This document shows positions 40,195 through 48,981 of a DNA stretch of 64,000 nucleotides, piece after piece. This stretch comes from a virus. The stretch is from the IMG/VR virus record IMGVR_UViG_3300043465_002420. One strand, given 5' to 3'. The notes beneath the pieces were generated by a model that did not search any database, had not been told where the DNA came from, and saw only the letters and a list, made by a program, of their open reading frames with translations. Position numbers and translations under genes: made by a program. Every line of letters starts with the position of its first letter. Position 1 is the stretch's first letter.

Positions 40195-40953
40195 TTAAGA
40201 TTTTAAAAATCTATGAGACCATCTTTTTTTTATAATTTCATGATTATGAGTAAAGCTAGACTCACAATCAATAGTTTTCATGACTTCTTTAATCGTTTTA
40301 TTTTCATGATGTGTTACCAATCCAAGATGTAAAGCGTAAATTCTTTCCTTGAATTCTGTCAGTCTTAAAGAAAAATCACTGTCTTCACAATAGGCAAACT
40401 GTAAATGTTCTTCGTCAAACAAACCATATTTTTCATAAATAAATCTAGGAATACAAAAGCACCAACCACAAATGTAATCAATATCGCTGCCAAAATTAAA
40501 AATTGTTCCTTTACCAGATTCGTTTATTTTTCCACCAAGATATCCAACTTGTGCATAGCCATATTGTTGAATTTGACCAATCATTGCCTTATCCCAGTTT
40601 GGCAACACTTCGGTATCAGAATTCAATAAAATTGCATATGGATTTTTAGAAATTTTCATCAATTCATTGTTTGGCTTGATGAAACCAATATTTTGATCAT
40701 GATGAGAACAAATTATGTCTTTTTGACTTTCTATCCAACTTTTTGTTTCTTGATCTGAATTATTATTCCAAATATAAATTTGATAATTTTTTGTATTTTT
40801 TCTAATTGATTCGACACATTTTTTAAGATAAAAAAGCTGATTGTGGACAATTATCAAAATGTCTTTGGAAACATATTGGTAATTTGACATGCAATCCAAC
40901 TCTGCTAGAATCTTTTGACTGTATCTTTCGATTCTAAATATGACATCATTCAT
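40195..40953 (-). CDS. Glycosyltransferase family 2
   Basis: IIVHNQ, WNNNSD, ILLNSDT, YCEDSDFSLR. Confidence 0.9.
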   Translation of the reverse strand: MNDVIFRIERYSQKILAELDCMSNYQYVSKDILIIVHNQLFYLKKCVESIRKNTKNYQIYIWNNNSDQETKSWIESQKDIICSHHDQNIGFIKPNNELMKISKNPYAILLNSDTEVLPNWDKAMIGQIQQYGYAQVGYLGGKINESGKGTIFNFGSDIDYICGWCFCIPRFIYEKYGLFDEEHLQFAYCEDSDFSLRLTEFKERIYALHLGLVTHHENKTIKEVMKTIDCESSFTHNHEIIKKRWSHRFLKS

Positions 40954-40967
40954 ACACCAATTATAAA

Positions 40968-40997
40968 AAAAAAGCGTAGAAAAATCTACGCTTTTTT
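40968..40997 (-). terminator. Intrinsic terminator
   Basis: aaaaaagcgtaga-aaaa-tctacgctttttt. Confidence 0.9.
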
Positions 40998-41013
40998 AAA
41001 ATTAATATGTGAA

Positions 41014-41337
41014 TTAATTTTTCAATTCTTTTAACAAATTGATAAATTCAAGCAGTTTATCAATTCCGCCAACCTTTTGGGCAAAACTTCGAAGCTCAAT
41101 CAAAATCGAACCATAATTTTGCAAATCAATTGAATTGTTTTCTTCCTGATTTAATTTTCCAATCTCTTTGGAGCGTATAGCATAAATATTAACTTTTTTT
41201 ATGTCAATATTTAAATCCTTAAGCCTTTGTATCATTGTGTCCTTCCAATCTTTTGGTGGATTTTCTGATACGGCTCCAATTTCTTGCAATATTTGCCTAA
41301 CGATTTTGCTTTTATTTCCGACAGTGTCTTTTTGCAT
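41014..41337 (-). CDS. Small basic protein, possible nucleoid-associated protein
   Basis: Start re-called at MQKDT (AGGTG SD); NKSKIVRQIL...FAQKVGGIDKL. Confidence 0.55.
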   Translation of the reverse strand: MQKDTVGNKSKIVRQILQEIGAVSENPPKDWKDTMIQRLKDLNIDIKKVNIYAIRSKEIGKLNQEENNSIDLQNYGSILIELRSFAQKVGGIDKLLEFINLLKELKN

Positions 41338-41344
41338 GTTACAC

Positions 41345-41812
41345 CTATACTGCAAAATACAAGATTTCGCCATTATCTCTTTTTTGCTTAAGGTCTTTTG
41401 CCTTAACCAATTTGTTTACTGCTTGATAAACATTATTGGCAAAGTTTTTAGCATCGCTCTTGTAGCCAAGTTTTTGAGCTACACCAGCTACTTCTTTCAA
41501 AGATATTGGCTCCTTTGATTCATGTATAATTTTACATACTAAAGAACCCAAAGACATAGGCTTGTCATTTTTTGCGACAATTTCTTTTTTTGCCTTATTG
41601 TGCTTAGGAGCAAGTGAATTATCTTCTTGATTGCAAGATTCCAAAACTTGCGATGTCGAAATCGATAAAACTGCCGTTGTTGAAGATCCATTTGAAAGAG
41701 ATGCCAATCTACTTTCAAAAACTGTAACTTCTTCAAGCTTGGAAATAAGACCATCAATAAATTCTCGCTGTTGTTTGAGAGCAGCGATTCTCTCCAGTGT
41801 GTTAACTGACAT
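41345..41812 (-). CDS. Coiled-coil plus winged-helix (HARE-HTH-like) DNA-binding protein
   Basis: GGAG SD; N-terminal heptads; MSLGSLVCKII...GYKSDAKNFANNVYQAVNKL. Confidence 0.6.
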   Translation of the reverse strand: MSVNTLERIAALKQQREFIDGLISKLEEVTVFESRLASLSNGSSTTAVLSISTSQVLESCNQEDNSLAPKHNKAKKEIVAKNDKPMSLGSLVCKIIHESKEPISLKEVAGVAQKLGYKSDAKNFANNVYQAVNKLVKAKDLKQKRDNGEILYFAV

Positions 41813-42026
41813 CATGAACTCCATAAACAAAGTCATTTTTGTAATTGATCTTAAAGCAATGACTAAATCTTTACGATCATTTGTCTACAATTTAACTTAC
41901 TGAAATGTTTTATCATCGTAAAGAGATTTAATAAAAATTATTTATACGATTAAAAAATAGTCATACAAGCTCTTTTATCAATAAGCTGTAAATCGTAATT
42001 AACATTCGTAATAAAAGGAATTAAAC

Positions 42027-42212
42027 ATGCTTGTACTTAGTAGAAAAAAAGATGAAAAGATTATACTAAAATGTCCTGATATGCCTGACATAAAGATAAC
42101 CATTGTTAGGATTGACAACAAAAATAGAGTACGCATTGGAATTGAAGCCGACAAAGACATAACTGTTCTACGATCTGAGTTAGATCGATCAATTATAGAT
42201 AGCAACGATTAG
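42027..42212 (+). CDS. csrA: Carbon storage regulator CsrA homolog 1
   Basis: MLVLSRKKDEKI...VRIGIEADKDITVLRSEL; AAGGA SD. Confidence 0.9.
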   Translation: MLVLSRKKDEKIILKCPDMPDIKITIVRIDNKNRVRIGIEADKDITVLRSELDRSIIDSND

Positions 42213-42489
42213 AAATTTTGATTTTTTGCAAATACTTTAAAAATTCTTCATGCGAATACGATTCCACGATAACTTTATCAGAAATCAAATCTGCTTCAGA
42301 TTCGGATAAGGATAGTTTGCTTTTTAATTTTTCGACAGTGTAGTTCTTTTTTCTGGCAATCCAAGCTGCCGATAACAGTCTTGATTGATTGCTAGAATCA
42401 AATAAATTAGAACAAGAAGTGCAAATGCAAATTCCATCCACTAGTGGATGGGATAGACTTTGACCGCAATTAGGACAGACATAAATCAT
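42193..42489 (-). CDS. Zinc-ribbon protein
   Basis: CPNCG...CTSC; CATAAATA 8 nt before the ATG. Confidence 0.65.
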   Translation of the reverse strand: MIYVCPNCGQSLSHPLVDGICICTSCSNLFDSSNQSRLLSAAWIARKKNYTVEKLKSKLSLSESEADLISDKVIVESYSHEEFLKYLQKIKISNRCYL

Positions 42490-42515
42490 CTCAATAATAT
42501 TTATGCTGGAAAAGA

Positions 42516-42544
42516 AAAAACCCCATCATAAAGATGGGGTTTTT
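42516..42544 (-). terminator. Intrinsic terminator after the ParB-like gene
   Basis: aaaaaccccatc-ataaa-gatggggttttt. Confidence 0.9.
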
Positions 42545-42560
42545 ACAAAATAAAGAATTT

Positions 42561-43799
42561 TTACTTCTTATCTTGCTTAGAAAAACACTTTTTCAAGACT
42601 TTGTAACAATTTTCTTCGCCATCATGTATAGCTTTGGCTATTCTAATGGCAACCATTACAACATCTTTCTTGGGAACTTGCTTAGGTATGCAGAACAAAG
42701 GGTCTTCTTCAAGACAATTTGCATCATTTTTATAAACCTTGGTAAGATATCGAATATAATTTTCTTCTATTATTTGCTGCTTTAAAGCCTTTGGTTTGGA
42801 TTCTTCAGCATCCTCACCATTTACCAGTTTTGAAGCGGCATCAATATCCTTTCCTTTGGTTGAGTTTTTATTTTCACGCTGACGAGAAACAGCATCTGAA
42901 ACCTTTAAATTGGCCACATCCAAATTAGCCTGTGCAATTTCGATCTCAATTTCATCGTTTTGATCTGCCAATTGAATTTCTACTTCGGCAATTTGCTTTT
43001 CCTTAGTAGCCCTATTCAATCTTCGAGCATCACGCATGGTTTTCTGTTCATTTCTACTTTCTGCAATTTCATTCGCAGTTTCACGAATTTGACTTCTTTC
43101 TTCAACATCGTCAATTTCTGCTAACTTTATCGCAGCAAGCCTATTTATTCTGCCTTCAAGCAAGTCGTTTAAAGTAGAAGGATCAAGCTTTTTTACGAGG
43201 TGATCAGTATCACGAAGCCAAAGCTTGTTTTTTTGAAGAATGCTCAAAATTTGATCATCTGTGGCCTTGAATTTACGCAATTCCATCAGCAAGGCAACAT
43301 CATGACCATCATTTAAATTCTTACGGCAAGCATTTTCCGAATATGAATATGCTAAAGCATCAAGATCGCTATCGGCATTATAAATCTGACATATTACATC
43401 TTTATAAACTTCGTCAGCAACCTTCCAAGCATATTCTTCTTTTCCATTATCGCCCTCAACAATACAAGATGGATCTCTAACCATTTCATGTTTTTGTATT
43501 AGTTGCGACAACGCACGATATCTCCTATCTCCACCAACCAATTGGATTGATTTGGTTTCATGGATATAGCGACAAATCAAAGGAACCATCATGGTTTTAT
43601 TTTTAATATCCTCTTTCAAAATCTTTGAAAGATCTGCATCAATAAGATCATTCTGGCCAGATTCGGTTATCAATCTAGGATTATAAAATTGATAATTACC
43701 TGCTGATTGATCGGCTTCGGGAACCTCAATCAGATTGAAAGGCACCAAAAACAAAGTTCCATGAAGATTTTTAACACTTTCGGGCAAATCAAAAGACAT
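42561..43799 (-). CDS. parB: ParB/Spo0J-family CTPase with coiled-coil C-terminus
   Basis: Start re-called at MSFDLP (AAGGAG SD); YNPR, VPLI, VGGDRRYRAL (arginine patch), SENACRKNL, HTH-like segment. Confidence 0.75.
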   Translation of the reverse strand: MSFDLPESVKNLHGTLFLVPFNLIEVPEADQSAGNYQFYNPRLITESGQNDLIDADLSKILKEDIKNKTMMVPLICRYIHETKSIQLVGGDRRYRALSQLIQKHEMVRDPSCIVEGDNGKEEYAWKVADEVYKDVICQIYNADSDLDALAYSYSENACRKNLNDGHDVALLMELRKFKATDDQILSILQKNKLWLRDTDHLVKKLDPSTLNDLLEGRINRLAAIKLAEIDDVEERSQIRETANEIAESRNEQKTMRDARRLNRATKEKQIAEVEIQLADQNDEIEIEIAQANLDVANLKVSDAVSRQRENKNSTKGKDIDAASKLVNGEDAEESKPKALKQQIIEENYIRYLTKVYKNDANCLEEDPLFCIPKQVPKKDVVMVAIRIAKAIHDGEENCYKVLKKCFSKQDKK

Positions 43800-44058
43800 A
43801 GACAAACTCCTTAATGAGATGATGACTTCCATTCCAAGGCGAAAAATATCAGAAATTAAAATCCCTGTCAACAGGTTTACGACAACAATTTAAATAATTT
43901 TTTCGTAAACCATATGACCCAAATTATCCAAATTAACCAAACTTCATATTTTTAAAAAATGAAATAGAATTATGATTAATTTAGACTTAAATTAGAATAA
44001 TTAACTTCATAGGTTCAATTTACCTCGTTATCAACGAAAGTAAAATTGATGATTAAAT

Positions 44059-44250
44059 TTACATTTTGTTGGCGTTAAATTTTTCGGAAAAGTCATTGGT
44101 TGGATTAAATTCTTTTGATTCTTTTGATTCTTTTGCTCTAAAAACAAAATCATTACAATGATTGCAAATAACATTGAAATCATTATCAATCGAATAATCA
44201 CGATCTTTCAAAAACTTTTTACAATTTGGACAGCTTCTTGCCTTTGACAT
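44059..44250 (-). CDS. Small zinc-finger protein
   Basis: CPNC...CNHC; AGGTG SD; overlaps the end of csrA2. Confidence 0.6.
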   Translation of the reverse strand: MSKARSCPNCKKFLKDRDYSIDNDFNVICNHCNDFVFRAKESKESKEFNPTNDFSEKFNANKM

Positions 44251-44419
44251 CTATTTCACCTAATTTTATAGCATCATAAACTTCTTGCCTATGGACAGGT
44301 ATTTCACTTGGGGCTTCTATACCTATTCTAACTTTGCCCCTACCAACCTCCACAACAGTAATAATAATATTATTGTTTATCACAAGACTCTCATTGATTT
44401 TTCTCGATAATATCAGCAT
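44219..44419 (-). CDS. csrA: Carbon storage regulator CsrA homolog 2
   Basis: MLILSRKINESLVI...KVRIGIEAPSEIPVHRQEVY. Confidence 0.95.
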   Translation of the reverse strand: MLILSRKINESLVINNNIIITVVEVGRGKVRIGIEAPSEIPVHRQEVYDAIKLGEIDVKGKKLSKL

Positions 44420-44457
44420 TTCATATCTTCCTTGAAAAAATAAATTGATCTTTAATT

Positions 44458-44486
44458 ACTATAATTTAAATTTTAAATAAAAACAA
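44458..44486 (-). promoter_or_regulatory. Sigma-70-type promoter for csrA2
   Basis: TTGTTT-17 nt-TATAGT immediately downstream of a terminator. Confidence 0.5.
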
Positions 44487-44505
44487 GTCTTAATCAAAAC
44501 AAAAA

Positions 44506-44531
44506 AAGGCAGCAGGATTACCTGCTGCCTT
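44506..44531 (-). terminator. Intrinsic terminator
   Basis: aaggcagcagg-atta-cctgctgcctt with a U tract on the minus strand. Confidence 0.92.
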
Positions 44532-44550
44532 ATCAAAATATATATTTTGA

Positions 44551-44712
44551 TTATGCGAACAAAGATTGGCCACAAACTGTAACTGCTGCTACATAAGCAC
44601 CAGCACGACCATTGCATGTACCAGAAGCAATGTTTGCTCTGCTACACTGGGGGTAAAAAAATCTCCAAGTAACATTAGTATATGTCGAATCACTCTTTTT
44701 GCAACGAAACAT
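44551..44712 (-). CDS. Unlisted 53-aa Cys-containing small protein
   Basis: GGAGG SD 4 nt before ATG; MFRCKKSDSTYTNVTWRFFYPQCSRANIASGTCNGRAGAYVAAVTVCGQSLFA; terminator directly after the stop. Confidence 0.7.
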   Translation of the reverse strand: MFRCKKSDSTYTNVTWRFFYPQCSRANIASGTCNGRAGAYVAAVTVCGQSLFA

Positions 44713-44745
44713 GATTCCTCCATTTTATAAAATGAGAAGCGAAAT

Positions 44746-45573
44746 TCAGACAACAATATTTAGAGTTGATAAATATTTATTTAAAGAATCTTTAAAAACA
44801 TCATGGTCTTTTCGCAAAATTTCTTTCGATTTTGGTGACAATGTATTTATAGTTCCTTTGCCATCATGATGAATCCAGCTATTTCCAGCTATGGCTTGTT
44901 TAAAACCATTTTTATTCATCGTCAATGCATATTCTTGTGATTCACATCCAGCATACTTGTACTCTTGAAAATAACCGGAAAACTTAAACAAATCCCTATG
45001 ACAAATTGAACAAAACATTGGAAGATATTCATTAATGTTCAAAATATAATCCTCTGACTTTTGTTCTTTTTTCGTCTCAAGATGCCTAAGATCATCATTG
45101 AAGCAATTACTTCTGGCAGATACCATCTTTACATTTTGAGATTTTAATCTTTGCAAACACGATCCAATATTTGTCAGCCAATTTGTATCATCTGGAAGGA
45201 CATCGGAATGCAGGATACACACATATGGAATCCATGGATTATTTGAATTTTTTAATGCGTAATTTACAGCAGCACCAAATCCTTGGTTTTCTTCTTTTTG
45301 CAAGCAATTAAGGCCAGCAATTTTCTTCTTAGATAAATCTTTTATGAATGATTTATTTTTTGAACCATCATCAACCAATGTCACTTGATACCTATTTGTT
45401 CTTATAGTCGAAAAAATTGCTTCTAACAATTTGGCAACAGACGAATAAGTATTGTAAAAAGGAATGATGATTTCTACAGATTTCATATTTCTTGGATCTA
45501 TGCTAGAAAAACCATCCATTGCAATATCATATTTTGTAACCTTCTCTTTTTCTTCTGTTTCTAAATCATCCAT
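44746..45573 (-). CDS. Glycosyltransferase family 2
   Basis: IIIPFYN, LVDDGS, GFGAAVN, LHSDV, WIHHDG. Confidence 0.88.
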   Translation of the reverse strand: MDDLETEEKEKVTKYDIAMDGFSSIDPRNMKSVEIIIPFYNTYSSVAKLLEAIFSTIRTNRYQVTLVDDGSKNKSFIKDLSKKKIAGLNCLQKEENQGFGAAVNYALKNSNNPWIPYVCILHSDVLPDDTNWLTNIGSCLQRLKSQNVKMVSARSNCFNDDLRHLETKKEQKSEDYILNINEYLPMFCSICHRDLFKFSGYFQEYKYAGCESQEYALTMNKNGFKQAIAGNSWIHHDGKGTINTLSPKSKEILRKDHDVFKDSLNKYLSTLNIVV

Positions 45574-46096
45574 TTTTAATTTCCTTTGTAATATCTTTCA
45601 AAATAGAATTAAAATAATTCATTTCTAAAATGCAATAATAATTTGATTTTTTATCTTCTACAGCTTCTTGAAGTTCTTTCGAGTTTTTGGAAAATTCAAG
45701 GACATGAACGGAACAATTAAAATTTTTATCTTCATTCATTCTTAAAATGTTTTTGTACGCATAGGTGTTATTAGGTTTGAATTTATTGGTACAAACAAAA
45801 ATAATTTTTTTGCAACCCTCTTGAGATCCAACACCAAATAAAGTATCTCTAAATGATTTTTCAAACAAATCATTGTCCTTTATCTGATAAGAATTTAATT
45901 GAGCTACACTTTCTCCATGAGTAGTCGGTAATTTGGAATTCCCAGAAACATAAAGCTTTGAACTGCTTCCAATATTTGAAAAAAAATCCATAAATGTTTT
46001 TTTTATGAATTTAAGACCAGAATCTTTATTATATGTGAAATCATGTATATCAAAAACAATCCCAATGTATATCTGTTTTTCAAATCCATCAATCAT
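45566..46096 (-). CDS. Hypothetical alpha/beta protein (weakly vWA-like)
   Basis: IYIGIVFDI N-terminal strand; GGAG SD. Confidence 0.5.
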   Translation of the reverse strand: MIDGFEKQIYIGIVFDIHDFTYNKDSGLKFIKKTFMDFFSNIGSSSKLYVSGNSKLPTTHGESVAQLNSYQIKDNDLFEKSFRDTLFGVGSQEGCKKIIFVCTNKFKPNNTYAYKNILRMNEDKNFNCSVHVLEFSKNSKELQEAVEDKKSNYYCILEMNYFNSILKDITKEIKNG

Positions 46097-46146
46097 TTTT
46101 GTTCTCCATTATACTATTTAATAGTAGAGAAACAAAGGAACAAAAA

Positions 46147-47022
46147 ATGGAAAATAGAGAACAAATAAAGCAATATATTAAAGCTTGTGAACATATGATT
46201 AAGTTTTTCACCAAGTTTCTTGATACTGATACGCTTGGTATTAGATCTTTATCAAAAGAAGATAAGCTGAAAGAATTGACTGATTTAAGGTACGAAATCA
46301 AAAAAGATACTTGGCCAGAAGCCGAAAGTCCAAAACTTACACAATCTCAAAAAAGTATGAAATTATTTGGAGAATTAATTTCTACACCAGTTAAAAATAA
46401 AAATATATTAGAATTTGGATGTTGTGATTGTGATTTATCATCATTGTTAAAAAGTAAATTTGGAGCCAAAACTGTTGTTGCTTTCAAATTAGATGATTGT
46501 CAGTCTACAGACACCAATCTTTTAGACCCAAATGTAATTTTCACAGACAATTTCCGTGTCGCCCAACAGATAGCTCCATTTGATATTATCATTCTAAATG
46601 ATGTTATTGATCATTTAGAAAAGCCAGTTTTCTGGATTAAACAATTAGCAAAAATGCTTTCTAAAGAAACAGGAAGAATGTTTGTTCGTTGTCATCCATG
46701 GCTATCAAGAAATGGAACACACCTATCACAACAAATGAACAAAGCTTTCTTGCATCTCATATTTTCAGATGATGAATTGGGAACTCTAGGTGTATCCAAT
46801 AAATTCACAAGAAAAATAACCGATGATATGGATTCATATAAAAGATTTTTTGAAGAATCAAATTTAAAAGTTTTAAACCATAAGATTTACACCAAATCAA
46901 TAGAAGTGTCATTTCTTAAAAACCAAGTTGTTTTAGAAAGAATTAAAAAGTTCACCAAAATAGATAAAAACTTATTAGAAAAATTAGAAGTAGAGTTTAT
47001 TGACTTTGAATTAAAGGCGTGA
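46147..47022 (+). CDS. Class I SAM-dependent methyltransferase (paralog of 31492-32385)
   Basis: Start re-called at MENREQ (AAGGA SD); LEFGC, FDIIILNDVIDH, RCHPWLSRNGTHL. Confidence 0.8.
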   Translation: MENREQIKQYIKACEHMIKFFTKFLDTDTLGIRSLSKEDKLKELTDLRYEIKKDTWPEAESPKLTQSQKSMKLFGELISTPVKNKNILEFGCCDCDLSSLLKSKFGAKTVVAFKLDDCQSTDTNLLDPNVIFTDNFRVAQQIAPFDIIILNDVIDHLEKPVFWIKQLAKMLSKETGRMFVRCHPWLSRNGTHLSQQMNKAFLHLIFSDDELGTLGVSNKFTRKITDDMDSYKRFFEESNLKVLNHKIYTKSIEVSFLKNQVVLERIKKFTKIDKNLLEKLEVEFIDFELKA

Positions 47023-47024
47023 AT

Positions 47025-47642
47025 CTATTTTTCATCGTTATCATTATCTAATTCGATCATCCAATAAGCCACACCTAAAAAACTTTCCCAATCTTTTATT
47101 TTATAATCACATCTCAAAGCATTCATTTTAGGCTTCTTAGGTACTTTTAAAAGTTTCATATTGGCTTGTAACGGATTTCTATTCGCTTTTTTGGTGTTAC
47201 ACTTTACACAAGCTAAAACGCAATTTTCCCAAGTGGTCAAACCGCCATGACTTCTAGGAATAACATGATCTATAGATAATTCTTCTGTGCTAGGCTTCTG
47301 ACCACAATATTGGCACTTGTATTCGTCTCTTTTGTAAATTGTCTTTCTACAATAATGAACTTTTTTTGCTGGAACTTTATCGTATCTTGTAAGCTGAATA
47401 ACTGATGGTATTCTGAATGATGCATTTACACTTCTAAGCTTTTCTTCATCGTCTTGTGGTCTTACTTTAGACCAATCTTCCCAAGTAAGAGTTTGAAATC
47501 CGTTGGCACAATCTACAATTATAGCTTTTGGCTCACCATCTTTATGTTCACTGAATAATTTTATTAGAGCTTTTTCAAGCGTTAGAATAGTAATTGGTCG
47601 CCACGACTTGTTTAAAACTAAAACTTTTCTATTTTGTATCAT
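47025..47642 (-). CDS. HNH endonuclease (McrA-like, bacterial type)
   Basis: VLVLNKSWRPI; RDEYKCQYCG; IDHVIPRSHGGLTTWENCVLACVKCNTKK. Confidence 0.92.
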   Translation of the reverse strand: MIQNRKVLVLNKSWRPITILTLEKALIKLFSEHKDGEPKAIIVDCANGFQTLTWEDWSKVRPQDDEEKLRSVNASFRIPSVIQLTRYDKVPAKKVHYCRKTIYKRDEYKCQYCGQKPSTEELSIDHVIPRSHGGLTTWENCVLACVKCNTKKANRNPLQANMKLLKVPKKPKMNALRCDYKIKDWESFLGVAYWMIELDNDNDEK

Positions 47643-47649
47643 ATTGTAT

Positions 47650-48627
47650 CTATAATTTTAAATCACAATTAGACCATTCTTTAATTCTAATTCTTGCCAA
47701 TTTCATGGCATCTTCAAACCATTCTTTAGTTTTCTTAAAATGAGGAGGACTATACATTTTTCCAGATGTGTAACTTCTAAAGTGATCTATATTGGAATCA
47801 TTGGTTCTTTTTTCATTTTCTTCATGTCCAATTATAATTGTTTCAATATTATTTTTTCTTAATATGTAATTACCAAGTATTTCTGTATCTGGCCAGTTTG
47901 GTCTCATTGGATCTGGCTTGTAATCAACAATATTATATTCATTACAAAGTCTACGCAAACTCCACGCAAAACCAATTTTATCCATGGTTTTCATGTGATA
48001 CATGCTTGCAGTGTGTGAAATCATACCTCTCCAATCATCATGCTTTCTTGGAGTTATTTCATAGCCTACGACTGGAGTTTTCTCATTACATATATTCAAT
48101 AAATAATCTATAAAATCATTACGCTTTAAAAATACATCGGCATGTGTGGCAAACAAATATGGAGTTCTACATAATGTCATAGCCAAATCCATAGCCATGG
48201 CTGGGTAATCACTTGGATGCATAACTCCGTTCAAAGCAATTGTATGAACCTCTACATCCTCATCTCGAAGATCCAATACACTATCCAAATGATCGCTTCT
48301 ACTTCCAGTATCAATGATCATGATGTATGGTCTTTCTGTTTGCAATCGCAACAACTCAATGCAAGTCCTCAATGTTTCTGATGTATTCAAGCAAGGTATG
48401 ACCGCTGTTGCTTTATATTCCCAAGGCTTTTTATCACATGATCCTTCCCATGGAGATTTTATGGTTAATTCGCCATAAGATGGAGATGTTTCAAATTTGC
48501 GAATCTCTACTTCTTCCCAATTATTTTCAGTATCTAGCCAAATATACTTTCTATCTTGGCTAATTTTCTTCTTCTTTTCTGGTGTTTTTGCCCATCTAGA
48601 ATCGGAAATTTTCATAATTTTATTCAT
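47650..48627 (-). CDS. Glycosyltransferase family 2
   Basis: AVIPCLN, IIDTGS, FATHADV, PDTE. Confidence 0.8.
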   Translation of the reverse strand: MNKIMKISDSRWAKTPEKKKKISQDRKYIWLDTENNWEEVEIRKFETSPSYGELTIKSPWEGSCDKKPWEYKATAVIPCLNTSETLRTCIELLRLQTERPYIMIIDTGSRSDHLDSVLDLRDEDVEVHTIALNGVMHPSDYPAMAMDLAMTLCRTPYLFATHADVFLKRNDFIDYLLNICNEKTPVVGYEITPRKHDDWRGMISHTASMYHMKTMDKIGFAWSLRRLCNEYNIVDYKPDPMRPNWPDTEILGNYILRKNNIETIIIGHEENEKRTNDSNIDHFRSYTSGKMYSPPHFKKTKEWFEDAMKLARIRIKEWSNCDLKL

Positions 48628-48690
48628 TTAAATATATTCCTCGCAATAACTAAGTAAGCAATTGTTTTTTATTATAAGAGAAGGCACATT

Positions 48691-48981
48691 ATGTTGACAA
48701 ATTTTTATGAATGGATGAGCTTTAGACAAGCTGTAGAAGCACCAGAAGGCGATTATGCCTTTATAGGAACATACAACAATGATCAATTCCCAAACTTGAA
48801 AGAAACAAGCCAAAGAATTGAATTGGATGCCGCATTATCCTTAATTCCAAAATCTTATCAAAATCAATTTTCTAACATGGAAACCATTCATGCTGGGAAG
48901 TCGCAAAATGAGAGCAATAAAGATGTTATTTGGATTTCTAATCAAGATCAAAATATTACTTTTTTGTTCGAAAAAAGATAA
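48691..48981 (+). CDS. Hypothetical protein with capsid-targeting-like N-terminus
   Basis: MLTNFYEWMSFRQAVE; AAGG SD. Confidence 0.6.
   Translation: MLTNFYEWMSFRQAVEAPEGDYAFIGTYNNDQFPNLKETSQRIELDAALSLIPKSYQNQFSNMETIHAGKSQNESNKDVIWISNQDQNITFLFEKR

Noticed and set aside
36620-43090. Canonical parS (TGTTTCACGTGAAACA)
   Set aside because: Only half-site TTTCACG matches inside coding regions (near 36625, 37733, 39581, 43079); no palindromic second half.
42561-43871. Longer N-terminal extensions given by the ORF track (also 592, 6769, 14744, 22141, 41373, 46099, 58921)
   Set aside because: Downstream ATGs have better SD or promoter context and avoid overlaps with neighbouring genes.
44414-44424. 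Out-of-frame ATG-AAA-TGC-TGA mini-ORF overlapping the csrA2 start
   Set aside because: It could modulate initiation, but such overlaps are common by chance in AT-rich DNA and there is no supporting evidence.
41836-44550. CsrB/RsmZ-type multi-GGA sRNA near the csrA genes
   Set aside because: The intergenic regions lack clustered GGA hairpin loops.
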